In this document: positions 39,855 through 52,535 of the stretch, piece after piece
Numbering within the stretch: the first letter of the stretch is position 1
Layout: every line of letters starts with the position of its first letter
Assembly: GCA_013265495.1 (NCBI GenBank)
Contig: MU058337.1
Location: forward strand, 2,944,686-3,008,685
DNA: 64,000 nt
Source: Vicugna vicugna
Taxonomy: Eukaryota
Direction of reading: 5' to 3'
Made by a program: the position numbers and the translations under genes
Notes under the pieces: model-generated
Told to the model about the DNA's origin: nothing
Seen by the model: only the letters and a program-made list of their open reading frames with translations
Databases searched by the model: none

Positions 39855-40435
39855 TTACCTCTTATTCTGTTGGTGAGTGCATAAAGTACTTTAGTAGTTC
39901 TAGAGGGCAATTTGACAGTATGACCAAAAGACCTCAGAGTATGAACACCTTTGCTTTTTAATTATCTAGCATCTTTAAAGTAGAACATATTAATACTTTT
40001 TGATAAAACAATCATATTTGTGGGATTTAATGATGACAATTTACATAGAACCCTTCAAAGATAGATATATACATAGATGGACATGGGTGTTCAGCCAAAT
40101 ATAATTTATAGTGATTAATTAATGAGGAAAACCACATATTCAATACAGAGGAATTAAAATAAATTTTGAAATCACTGTATCATAAAGTCTTGGGTGCCAT
40201 TAAAATTACATTTCACAGATTGGCTTGTTTCTAAGAAAAAAAATGCTCATAAAAATTAACATTAAGAACAAGTTAAAAAATATAAAATGCATGTATGTAT
40301 ATAAAACATACTTGTAGGACATGCCACAATGTTAAGGGTAATTATTTCTGAAGAGTGGAGTTGCTTGTGAGCTCAATATTCTGATTGCTTTTTTCTTTTC
40401 GAGACTTTTTGCAGTACAGTTAATATTTTTGTAAA
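39855..40435 (+). mobile_element. Old L1ME-type 3' end
   Basis: TGTTGGTGAGTGCATAAA..TCTAGAGGGCAATTTGACAGTA..GCCATTAAAA..AATGTTAAGGGTAATTATTTCTG. Confidence 0.65.
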
Positions 40436-41399
40436 GCATTGTGTGTATATATATATATATAAACCAAAGTCTAAAGTAATGTTTTAGATTTTCTGTTATA
40501 TTTTCTTCAGTTTGTATAAATGGGCATAGTAAATAATATAAAAATACTAGATTTTTTCACTGAAAAATCCTAACTTTAATTTTTTCCTCCTTGTGGTAAA
40601 CAATTTCTTACTTGGACGTTCACTTCCTCTATCCTTTAATTTCAATATGAACAATTAATCAAATTGCTCTGTGTGTTTTAATGAGACACCTATGAACAAT
40701 GCAGTGGCTTTTGGTTGTTGGTCTGGCATTTGTCTCCCCCAAATGGATCGTCACACCTTTGACTGTTTCTTTCAGGAACTAACAATTGTTTAGTATGTTT
40801 TAGAAATCTTATTTCTAAGGAAGAATATATCATATACATAAAACTGCAAATTCTCAAGGATAGTGTGAAGATGTTTTAGGAGGTACATGGTGAGAATGAC
40901 TCATGAAAACTTTAGGCAAAGGAAATCCTTTCTAGAGAACTAAATCATAAAAATGCTTCTTGGTGAGAGCCGTCAAAATATTCCACAGTCTTGAGACAGA
41001 ATGCTGGACTGTTAAATTTTAATTATTTTAATCTAGATGGAAAGTATTGTGGTAGAAGCCAATGCTGCCCCAAGCCAAGGAATGGTCATGGTTCAGTAAT
41101 AAGATGTTTTGATCTCTAATCTCAAAAAGTCTCAACATTTTGGGCTTGATCCAGCAAAGTGGTACGTTGTGGTAAGGAGACAATGGAAAAGGTTTGATGA
41201 TGAATCATTTCTCTTTAATGAGTAAGATAAGGGTAAAATGTCTCAGATGCTAGTTATGTAAAGGCTGAAAAACAGCTAAAACAATAGTTTCTTAATTATC
41301 ATTCCATATGCCTCCTAGCATTTCATCTCCACCATAGCCCCTGAGGAGGAGGATGCATATAAATATATAAATATACTAAATGGGGCAACACAGCAGTCA

Positions 41400-41487
41400 T
41401 CCTTTCTTCCTCCTTCCTCCTTCCCTCCCTCCCTCTTCTCCTCTCCCTCTCTCTGCTCCCTCCTTCCCTCCTTTTCTCTCTCTCTCA
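41400..41487. repeat. CT-rich low-complexity polypyrimidine tract
   Basis: About 87 nt of almost only C and T. Confidence 0.9.
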
Positions 41488-42989
41488 GCATTTAGTTACT
41501 CATTTTTAAGACTGAAATTTGTCAGCTCAAAACATGTCAATTCATTCATTTTGAAAAGTTTGCAATAAAATTACCACTCAGATATCATGTCAGTGAAACA
41601 ATATTCAGTTTTATTGAAAACTGCTGTCTTCATACAACAACAAAGGGCAAAAGGAAACATGGACCCACAATTTAATAAGGAGTAATATAATGAAATATTC
41701 CACTAAGTGAGGTGGTTGGCTGATGTGTCTTGCACTTTGAACATATAACCTTGTTCATATTTATTCCGTACATTAATGAGCTACTTATTTTTCATATTAC
41801 TTGTTGAAAATGGGGGGGAAAGCCTTCTTCTTTAATCCTCCTATGACCTCTCTTCCATCGTAATGTTAGAGGGCAACGGAGTGTTAAAAATTGCGTTGTC
41901 TCTGCTAGTAAATTGTGACAGCAAGATGTATGACCAGAAGCAGGGTCCCTCATGTTAGTTAAAGAATATTTTTACAGTAAAATCACAGCTCTTATATAAG
42001 TATGTGATAAGGACATATCAAAGATTGGATTTAATTAATTAATGAGGAAATCTGTAAGCTGTTAGAACTAAAGGAAAATTTGTAAAACACATACTTATAC
42101 AGGCCATTAGGAATGCTGAAATGAATGTGTAAGTTGGTTAAAGTTGATTATTGTCCTAAGACAATAATCAATTGAATATCCACCTTAAATATTTGCATTT
42201 TTATAGGTGAGAATTGCTTGCATTACTATCAGTGTTTTATGAAGATAAACTGATAATATATAGTAAATAGCACAGTGTTTATACAGAGTTTTAAGAAACT
42301 GAAGGACAATGAAAGACGAGTTGACTTGGAAAGTTGTGCTAGGCAGGACATCCAAGATCTTTTTTATCCCTTTCAAAACCTTTTAAAATCTTTAGTGACA
42401 CCTTCTACATCTTAACAGCAGTGACTTGTATAACTGAGACCACATTAAGTTTTTAGATATGTTGCTCTTATGCATTGCATTATTCAGGATGAAATAACCA
42501 TGAGCAAGTAGTCACAGGATTATGGAACTTAGTTGTCAAGGAAATCCAGGACATCACTGGAGCCGACAAACTCTGTATTGATAATTTGTGATCATCGTCA
42601 TTCAGAGGAAAAGAATAGCGCTCAGGGATTTTGCTCCAAGGACCGAAAGTCAAAAGGAAACTCACAGAGGTGTGGATTCAGATGGGACTGCCTCCATGTT
42701 TACGTGAGTACTGTCCCCAGCTGTACCTTAGAGAAGTCTTGGAAGTCCTAAGTGTGATGTGGACACAAACACTCGTACCAACAACACGCTTCCCAAATTC
42801 TCCCAGAGCACTTGTGATAACGCCCCCTGCCAACCTGTCTCTGACAGCCACCACATGTTCTCGCTTACCTAGAAAGGAGGGGAACATGAGGCATTGAAAG
42901 TGAATGGGAAGAAAAAAATGAAGGAAAGATATCAAGAATAACTCACCACCCGCTGCTCCCCCCCACACCCCAGTTTCCCCTGACGCCAC

Positions 42990-43390
42990 ATCCAGCTATT
43001 TGCCCGACTCCACTCCTCAAACCTACACAAGACCTACTCTCCACATTCTCAGGCTGGGACTTGCATTTTAATCTCGCATTTACTATCTTGCTATAGTTCC
43101 TTGGAATGTTTTCTCCCTCCTGTCTGCCTGTCACTTTCTTAGCCAGCCCTCAAGATTCATTTAAAATTCCATCTGCTCCATGATCCCATGTTCCGACCTC
43201 TCAGATGTCCCCTTGCTGTAGTGTGACTGTCAGTGCTTTGCAGTAAGGGTTTATTCAAATTTGTCTCACTCTGCATGTTTGCAACAGAGTACTTGGAATA
43301 CAGAAGATTGCTAATGGCTAAGAATATTAAAATAACTAGCAGTATAATGAGTACAGAATACATAAATAAATATGTGCCTGAATATGTGAA
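42990..43390 (+). mobile_element. L2 3' region
   Basis: CTTGGAATGTTTTCTCCC..CCCTCAAGATTCATTTAAAATTCCATCTGCTCCATGA..ATAAATATGTGCCTGAATATGTGAA. Confidence 0.55.
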
Positions 43391-44299
43391 ACTTTCCAAA
43401 CTGCCTTCTCAACTTGCTGATGCACGCTCACGTTCTCAGCAGAGTGGTTTACAGTATAAAATATATTATAATTTTAGTAAATGAATAGTATGACTTCAAA
43501 TGTAGGCAAGCGCCCCTTTTCTTCCTCAGGTACGTGAGTCCTGGGCTCTGTTGGTAGCTCACCCTCAGACTAGGGACAACGAGGAAATCATCCAATTCAT
43601 CTTTCCCCCCAGTTCAAGCCCCAGTCTAGCCTGCCTTCTGAACTGAGGCATATTTAGTCTTTTAAAGTACTTTAGGGATGAAATTCTGTCATGCTCCTCA
43701 AAACATTGAATCCTTGAAAAGTAGAGCTCTTAATAAAGAGTAATTGCTAGAAATTCTCAGATTCTCAAAAATTCAGCCATGGGCTGAAAACAAAAAACAA
43801 AAAACACTCCCTCAGAAGATTACTATCTTAGTGTCAATTGTTACTACTTCATTAGGTACAAGAGAAGAGCACAGGAAATTCTTTAGTCTTTTTTTTATCA
43901 CTATCATCAAAATAAATTCTGGCAGGTGCATGCCTTAGCAGTTTCTTACTTGCATGCTATGGGATAAATGGAGACTTTGTATTAGAGCCTTGAAGTTTAG
44001 CTTCATTCTAGTAATTGAAAGTGAATAGTCTCTGGTTTCATAGGTGAACCCCAGACCCCACAGCTCTACCAGTGGGTGCTGAGTTAATGTGAAGCGATTC
44101 TGAGGTATTTGTTTTAGGGATGACAATGGGAACTGCGTGGGTAGATGCCTTCAAGCTCTGTTCGGAAATGAGGCTCCACGCTTTGCAAGCACTGATAAGT
44201 TAACTTCCAAATATTCAGCTGCTTATCCAAAACTTTCCAAGCTGCCTTCTCAACTTGCTGGCGCACGCTCACGTTCTCAGCCGAATGGTTTACAATATA
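43389..44299 (+). repeat. 70-bp direct repeat pair (43389-43458 and 44230-44299)
   Basis: Ungapped; 64/70 identical by manual comparison. Confidence 0.95.
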
Positions 44300-46189
44300 C
44301 CTTTTGTTCCTCATCTTTACCCAACGATTCTCCCCAAATGACAGTATTGGCTACTCTTTGGAAACTGTGTTCCTATTTTGACGTTTTGGTATTCTGTGTG
44401 TGGGGGTGATGGACTATAAATTTAGAAACTGTGATCCTAATTCCAAATATACATTAATGTATAAATAACTTTCACATATGCTTTAACACCTCTGGGTGAA
44501 TGTTTTAGTGTAAACTGAACATTATAATATCATCTTGATTACAGAAGCACTATGAAAACAAAACAAAGAAAAAAGTGAGAAATATGCCAAATCCTAAAAA
44601 CAAACAGCTCACAAACTGCGTCTAGGAGGGGTTTTTTTTTCTTTTTTTGAATGAAATTTTGCAAACTATGCCCTTTATAAAACAGTCTTATATGTGAAAA
44701 ATGGAGACAAGAACTCAGTGGGAGGGTCAGTTCTAGAAATGAGAGCCAGGACATGGTTGAAGCTAAATGCATTAGAAATTATAGCGAGGCAAGGCGTTGA
44801 GAAAGGTGATTGATTTGAACTAAGCTGAAATATGGACGTGTCCAGGCACTTATAAAAAGGGATTGGATTTTGATTTACTGGTGGCTCAGACTTCACATAG
44901 TTTACATGAAGTGGCAATCAGGCAAGTTCGACTTAGGATCACTAAGCATATAGAATACATTTCAAACCCATAAAAAGTTCTAACAATAAAGAAGCTGTTA
45001 CTGGATAAAAGTTTTGTGGGAACTATAGACTTTAGCGGTAGACTGGGGCCAAGTATTCATAACTCAACACTAATAACAAAATTTTGCCTCTAACAAGTAT
45101 GCTTTTCTTGTAAGTTACTGATTTATTTTGAAATTTTCTTTTTGGTATAAAAAATTATATTTGATTTTTTTTTTAACTGGGCAATACTGTGACTTCTGTT
45201 TCCTTCTTTTTCCCTGCCTCTTAAAATTAATTCCTTTGGGAAAGAAATCATCTGAGATTCCGTACTGTCCAAGAATGAAGAGGGGAGGTTTTCAATTAAC
45301 TGCCCTGGGGCCTGTCATTGCAAGATGGGAGTACTTAGCTCAAGTGCTGTGAAGAGCTCTTAAATTATCCTAGCAAGTGAGTTTCCATCCTTTTTGTTCT
45401 ATTTTCTAAAATCCTCTAATGGCTAAACACACCCAAGAACTTGGACTTTAGACTCTATGAACAGCAGGGGGGAGACGTGTAACTGATGTAATGCTCACTC
45501 CCATGTGGGCAGAATCTTTAGACTTCCTGGGATTCCTGCATATTCTAAAAGGCTGAGTGCGAGTTAATCAGAATGGCTGTACTCAGGGAGGCCAAGCTCT
45601 TTTAGTTCTCAGAAAGAACGCGGGCGGGGGTGGGGTGGGGAGAGACAGGATTAAGAAATTGAAAGCTGAGATAAAACAGAATCAGGCAATCCTCTAAGTT
45701 CTTGCACACTAAATGAGGCCAAATGACAATAGTTTGATTTACAATTATCCGCAGCAAGTTACTGTAGAGACAAGGAAATGTGTCTGACGTGGCAGGGGCA
45801 GATGGATGGTCACCTGACCTCAGTGGCCATTCATCACTGAGCCGGGGGAGTTGGTTCACTTCTCTGCACTTCAGTTAACAGCCCCTAAAAGGATGAAAGT
45901 CAAGACTTGAGATTGAATGTCAAGGTCATTCTAGTTGTCAGGCCAAATCCTGAAACTTTGACCAGTTTACTCTCTGACAATACACGTCACTTAACCTCTC
46001 TGTATATTTAAGCTTATTGTATTTCATTTTTTTAAATGAGAAATCAGAAGTCTTGAAACAACACACTGTCAGAATTCTTTTCCTTTGGCGTGGGTGACAG
46101 GTATTATGAAAGTAACATTCACCCTACACTGAGGTTCCTGGGTACCCTTCAATGTATCTCAGAAATGTGATTCATAGGAATTTTTAAGG

Positions 46190-46338
46190 CCATGCTACAC
46201 TAATATCTTTCACAGACTGGCAGAAGATTGTTGGAAATAACAAGATCTCAGGTGCTGTCCTGGACCTACTGACTCAGAATCTCTATTGTCACCTAACCCC
46301 AGATAATTTAAATGCATATGAAAGTGTGAGAAGCACTG
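46190..46338. mobile_element. MER5A1-like MITE
   Basis: TTGTTGGAAAT..ATCTCAGG..GACCTACTGACTCAGAATCT..ATGCATATGAAAGTGTGAGAAGCACTG. Confidence 0.75.
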
Positions 46339-47228
46339 TTGTAACCATTACTTATGTATGAACCACAGCAAAGCAATGTTTAAAATGCTGCAATGTTCAT
46401 CCTTAGAACATTACCGGCTATTTTTTTTTTTTACAAGGATGCAATATTTTAAATTTCAGCTTCTGAGCTCTGTGAGGGGGTGGAGGAATGGGGAATGACA
46501 ATCTTATTTAATTATCTCCACATATCTAGAATGTTCTGAGTAACTATAACATAGCAGGAATTCAAGAAATGTGAGTGGAATTTGTTTAGGATATAAATTT
46601 GTTTAGGACAGAAACCTAAGTTTTGGTAACTTCCTTTTATTTTATTTTTTTTAAATACATTAACATTATGAAGCTGAAAATATAATGTTAGAAGCCTTAA
46701 CCTGCATTTGGGTAATTTATGGGTAATTCAGAGGTTATAAAATCCAATCTTCTCTGCATAGCACTCTGGGTGTGTGTGGGGAACAGCAACAACAGTAACT
46801 TCCTGCTTCCAGGTAGATCAGTGGAACGTGACAAAGAGAGTCACTCCCAAAAGTGCAGCTAAGAGGCCAGCCTCCGCCCTCTACGGAAGGAGAGAGAGGT
46901 TTCATTGCTTCCCTTGCTCTAAAGCTAAGGGTAAGTGAAGGGGCATCAAATGCCATAGGAAGAGCGAAAAACCAGCCAAACCGAAAGGTGGGGTTGCATT
47001 ATCTGATGAGACGCCTGCTTGTATTAACTACTGACCTGTGATGCGGAAACACTCAGCACTGATTCTGGACTCTCCCTGCCTCCCCACTCTCCCCTGTCTC
47101 CACCCTGTTCCCCCCAGTCCCTGCCACACACATTACATGTTTTTATGATTTTTCAGAGTTCTGGAAGATGCATCTGTACAAAGCTGTAGGTCTGATTTAG
47201 CCAAATAGAGGAGATGAGATCATGGGCT

Positions 47229-47961
47229 TGTTACTAAACCAGATAGGTCCACTCACCCACACCCAGTGAAGCCAATCTACTGACCCTGGGTTTTGGTGAA
47301 AGAAGGTACAACACTTAGTGCAGGGCACCTAGCAAGGAGAACGGGCAGCTCCTGCTCAGAAGACCCCCAACGCCCCCCTGGCTTTCAGGGAAGGGGTTTT
47401 AAAGGCAGTGTTGGGAGGGGCGACTGCAGAGTGCTCGACGGCTTGTGTTCAGGTTTCCAATTGGTCGGCATCAATGTGAAGTCTCACGCATCATCAACAT
47501 TCTGGTTTCAACTAGTCAGGAGTCTGTGTGATTGTGGTCAGCAGTTTTCATCTTGTGGGGATTTGCTTCCTGTAAAAGTAATTTAGGAATGTTTGTCAGA
47601 CCTGTATCTATATCTTTCAGGGAACTGGGCATTCAGTGATTCTGCTAGTTTATAGTCTTAAGTTGTTACCAATTTCCCTGCCCAACAAGTGTCCTTTGTT
47701 CCTGCATCTTCACACTTCCTAATCTTTAACTCTTGAGCCGGTCTTTTCAGATTCAAGAGATGCCTGGGAGACAAAAGCAGAAATCTTTTACTTCAAAGGA
47801 CAGAGACACAGGGGCTTGTACAAGGTTTAAAACCTGATTTTCTCTGATACTTCTTCATCTTGAGGGAACAGTTTCAGGACAAGAAAGGGAATAAGGTTTT
47901 GAACAGAGAGATTAATCACAAACTTGACAAAGGAACTTGGTTTTAGGGGGACGCAGTTTCA
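47229..47961 (-). mobile_element. ERV1-type solo LTR (733 bp)
   Basis: Termini TGTTAC..GTTTCA; near-perfect 4-bp TSD GGCT (47225-47228) / GGCC (47962-47965); AAGCCAATCTACTGAC and CATCATCAACATTCTGGTTTCAAC resemble laurasiatherian ERV1 LTRs. Confidence 0.85.
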
Positions 47962-50199
47962 GGCCATAGATTTTTCTAGACCCCTGGGACCTGGAAGTGG
48001 AATAGGTACACATTTTAGGAATATGTCTTGCGCCGTCAGCAAGGAAGTACCTCGAAGACATAGTTTATGCTGGATAAAAGGAGGAGAACTTGGCCTGGAG
48101 AATGAAAGAGACTCTTTAAAATGAACAGGGCAGATCTTGAACACCAAGATGAAACTGATCTAATAGCTTAAAGTGGCTGAAAAGTTAAGAGATTGTTCAG
48201 GAAGTTAAAGTAGCTGCTATGTAGCCTGAAAGATAATTCTGCGTAGCACAGAGGAGGAACAGTCACTGGAAATAAAACCGTTCCACATTTCCATTTCAAC
48301 AAGTGGATATCCATTACAAAGTCTGCTTATAATAATATATTCATAAGAATATATTCTGCAAACTGATATTCTGGTTTCTGTATGAAATCAACATTTATTG
48401 TGCCTGCCAATATTAAATAGTTTCATAGCAATCGTGTTGTTTTGTGTGTGTGTGTGTGGTCAGATTTATCAGGGAAAAAATTTTTTTGACCTAATAAAAG
48501 TTTCTAACACCAAAAAAACTTGATATGAGAGCAGGCAATAATTTTTTAGTCCATCTGAGCCCCAGAAACTCTTCTGTAAATACTGGGATATGGTCTCTAT
48601 TATGAGAGTGCTAAAAGTTGTATTTTTAATATTTGTAAAGAGTTCATAGCATCTAGTAATGGTCAGTAAAGATGTTGAAAGGAAACAATATATGTTCTGT
48701 AACACCACAAGATAAGGACAAGGGAGTCCCTAAGATTTAGGTGTGTGTATATATATATATATACTCATTTTAAACTATGAGAAAGAAAAAGTGGTTATAG
48801 AATTCCTTTCCGTATCCTAACTTCTGATGAGAATCAAAATTAAAGTCCCTCCTTTAATTTTCCAAGAAGAGGGGACTAGCATAGTTTTTAGCCTAGAAAT
48901 GGCCGGACGCACAGATAATCCCGTCTTTGCATGGGAATGTTCTCCATCAATAGTAAAATCACTTTCATTTGCTTCTGTGAAACCACTTAATTCACAGCCT
49001 ATTTAAAATAGCACCATCTCTGATAGCTGTAATTAGTTTCATAACAACTCTTCCTGCTGCCACTTTGCAAATCAGGCTGTGAGTCCAACTTTTAACACAG
49101 ACATGTCACTAATTAGCACGGCCCAAAACCAAGTCCAATAGGGCCATAATGAATGCACGACAATTGGAGAACTGAGTTCATTTCTCCATTTGAATCTTGG
49201 AAGCAATCCATTTTAATCTGTATGCAGAGGTCGACTTTTGAAGGAATAATTGTACTTTGTTTTGGTCCATCTGGATTGGGCTATAAATATGCCTTCCAGG
49301 TTTTATAACAGTAAGTTGCACAGGCAGCACTCAATGTTAGAGTATCGTCCATGAAGTCCTATACGGGCGATTCACTTGAGAACATTCATCAAATCAGTGC
49401 CCTGATCTTAGGAGAAAACATGCATTTCTAAGCTAGAAGCAATTTCTGGGCTTTTGGTTTTGGTGAATGAGATGAATTCACTAAGGAAAAAGGTTCCCAG
49501 TGTTTTTCGTTCTCCCTTACAATCAAACCTAAAAAAAAAGAAAAGCAGATTTTTCTTCTTTCTTTAACATTTGCGTGTTTTTCTAGGCCAGAAATTATGT
49601 TGAAGTACTAGAGAATCAATAATAAAAAATCCCTTCCTGAACCCCTCGGCTTAAAGCCTGTATACCAACCCCCCATGATGATAGTGTCCATTACACTCCT
49701 GCACATGGTTTTGCAGGATTTTACAACACACTTCAAAAGCATTTGAGGTTTGGGATTTCCTCTTGTTACTATTTATGGTTTCAATGTTCACATCCCATTG
49801 TTTTTTTTTCTTTCTCTCCCTCTCCAAACCTAAATGTCAATTGTAATCTAAATTAATTTGCACTTGAAGCTGGCAAGGTGATAACTTCAGTCCACGTAGA
49901 GAAACCACAAAGCAGAGCAGGAGACTCTAACTGCAGTTCTTGATCCATCTTCCTGATACTTCTGACATCCCTCTTCAGTTACCCTAGAGCCAATTAGATG
50001 CTTGTCATTGTCATCTGGGAAGCAGATTTGCGAGAACTGATAATGTAAGTACGTAAGTTGATTTTGGGTTTAGAAATTTTATGTCCAGATTTCTCATAGA
50101 AGAAAAATTATGATGAATTTCCCATTGGTAAACATGCATAAAACCAATTTTGGGAAGCAAAATATATACTTTTACTATGAAAAAAAATGGACATTGAAA

Positions 50200-50320
50200 G
50201 TTACAGGAATTTATTGGGCACCTGGATCTTGTGCTTTTGGCATCTTGAATCTCAAGCACATGGCAGAGTTCCTGAAGCACTGAAGATACTTGGTAAACAA
50301 GTTGTAGACTATGTGAAAAA
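50200..50320 (+). mobile_element. L2 3' terminus
   Basis: CATCTTGAATCTCAAGCACATGGCAGAGTTCCTGAAGCAC..TAAACAAGTTGTAGA. Confidence 0.5.
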
Positions 50321-51972
50321 AAATAATAATAGATGGAAATAAAAGGTGTCTGTCTCTTCAAATCCGAATGTGCAGTACCCAAACAGACACTGTGAAATGG
50401 TATCACACGATCTCTTCAGAGACCAGGGGAGATACTGGAGACCAGGAGAGGGTCTTTGGACTTGAGACACTTCGCTGTGAGACAATGACTAACAAGGGAA
50501 GATTTATAATAAGCTCCAAAGCATGTAATATAAAATATAAAGAGGCTAGGATGAATAAATTCACAAACAAATGAGATTGAGGAATGCAAATGAAAGTAAT
50601 ATGAACTCTTGAGGCAAATGAGATGAGGATGATGACGTAGAAAACTAGGAATATCACATCCCTGTGTGTGTTGTCCTTGATTTTAGATATTTTAACAGAG
50701 CATGAAATGTTCACCTTGGTTTGCAATTTTTCCCGATGCCGCCTAGACACACTCACAACTGGTAAACTTAACATTTCAGCGGGGGCTTGCAGCTTAACCA
50801 CTTCCTTGGGGAAGAGAGTGGAGCTGGTGAAGGCCACTGGGACAGAAGAGGGGAAGAGGGTAAAATAAAGAGGGAGAGAGAAGAACATGAGAGTGGGCTC
50901 CCTGAGAAGATCTGGGAATGCGGCTCCCGCACCTCTGAATAGTGTAAGAAAGCCATCCACCCACCCCAACTGAATTTAGTTTGTAGGCTGTAAGGAAAGC
51001 CTTCGCGCCTGCATTGCTTTTAAGATAGTGATACTGCTGCTGTCACAGTCAAATGCTGAAGGGCGGAACCCAGGCGAAGCAGGTCGATGCTGTCCATAAA
51101 CAAAGTCTACGCGTTTACTTGTAAGATTCCAGCACAACGTCAGTGAAGCCGCAGACAGGCACTTGGCACCACTTCCCATCACAGATCCTTAAGTGTGGCT
51201 CAGTGATGGTTACATTCGGGAAGAGTTAATGATAATTTTCAGTCTGGAGGTCCCAAGGAAACCTCTGAAAATAAAAGTCAGGGTATTTTATAACACAGTG
51301 AAGAACAGGCAGAAAGTGGACAGGAAGGGAATCTTTTTTTGTTTCCAGTTGTGGATTAAAGTCTATGTTCTTCTGCTCTTCAAATAGTCCCCAGCTCTCA
51401 TTCATATCTAACCAGACGTGAGGAGCTAGGTGAGAACAACGCTCCCCTGCGCACCAGGCTGCACCCCTCGGCCTCCCCAGGGTGCGTCAGTAGCAGCTGC
51501 TAAGGGAGGTAATTGCAGCTCCGGGCTTCAGCCGCCCTCTGGGCGGGGTGGAAATAAAGGCTATAACGTTTGTCATTTGCTATCTGCACGGGATGGACAC
51601 CTGAGGATTTGAGCAGAAGAGTCTGTGATCTTCCCTGTACCCTTGTGTGTCTTCCTACTTGCCAACGAAAAGCCAGTTAGACAGTAACAAAGAGGAAGCT
51701 TGCCACCCTCCTTCTCATGATCATCAGTGGTTTCTGAAGCACTGGCATCCTGGTACCACTTTTCTTATGAGAAATTTCTCTAAGACAGATTTTATTGGCC
51801 TAGTGAGAGTCTCAAAAATGCCATCTGTGGAGGACCATACTCTTTAGACCCCATGCTTTTAAACTCAGGCTTCGGTATCTGAGTTTATGTTCCTTAGGTT
51901 AATTTAGATAAGATAAAGGTTGTGAAAATGGTTTGTAACCTGAGGAGCTCTGTAAAATAGAGTTTTCATGGG

Positions 51973-52014
51973 TTTTGTTTGTTTGTTTGTTTGTTTGTTT
52001 TTGGTTTGTTTTTT
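51973..52014. repeat. (TTTG)n microsatellite
   Basis: Read directly from the sequence. Confidence 0.9.
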
Positions 52015-52109
52015 AATGAAGAGGACAGTTTCCTCAAGGACATCGGGGTACCACACTGAGTTGCTCACATTCTACAGTATCATCAGTCTAGACTGAGATT
52101 GTCTCTTAT

Positions 52110-52535
52110 TTGACTTGATTTCCCTTTCTTTATTCTACATATGCAATCCTATCATCTTCTCTGTCATAGAAACACTCCCTGAAACATTTAAAATATGTCC
52201 TTCCAGTCCAGATTCCATTTTTGTAAAAGTTTGTGTATGTTTCAAAACATCCCATGGCTGTTAATTTTTCTGTCATTGGTGCAATGCATAAATCTGATCA
52301 ATTCTCTCAATCAACGTTTTGCATTTTGTTGATATGTATAGATCCAGTCTATAGCATCTAATTACTGTAAAGTATCTCCTTCAATGAATATATTTCACTC
52401 TCTGTATTAGTCTCTTCATTTCCATGTCTATTATCTAATTTTATATATTTTTTCTAATCTGGTAGTTAACAAAATTGTTTGATTTTTAGTTTATCTGTTT
52501 TATCTTCTATTTCTGACTGTTTTCCTAGGAATAGG
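52110..52535 (-). mobile_element. Old L1ME-type fragment
   Basis: T-rich; GTTGATATGTATAGATCCAGT..ATTACTGTAAAGTATCTCC..ATGAATATA resembles antisense L1ME 3'UTR. Confidence 0.45.

Noticed and set aside
40114..42050. Exact 17-mer ATTAATTAATGAGGAAA at 40114 and 42034
   Set aside because: AT-rich and does not extend; a match of this length is plausible by chance in 64 kb.
28929..46612. Short imperfect tandem pairs at 28929-28973, 30183-30235 and 46579-46612
   Set aside because: Ordinary slippage duplications of 17-28 bp with no further structure.
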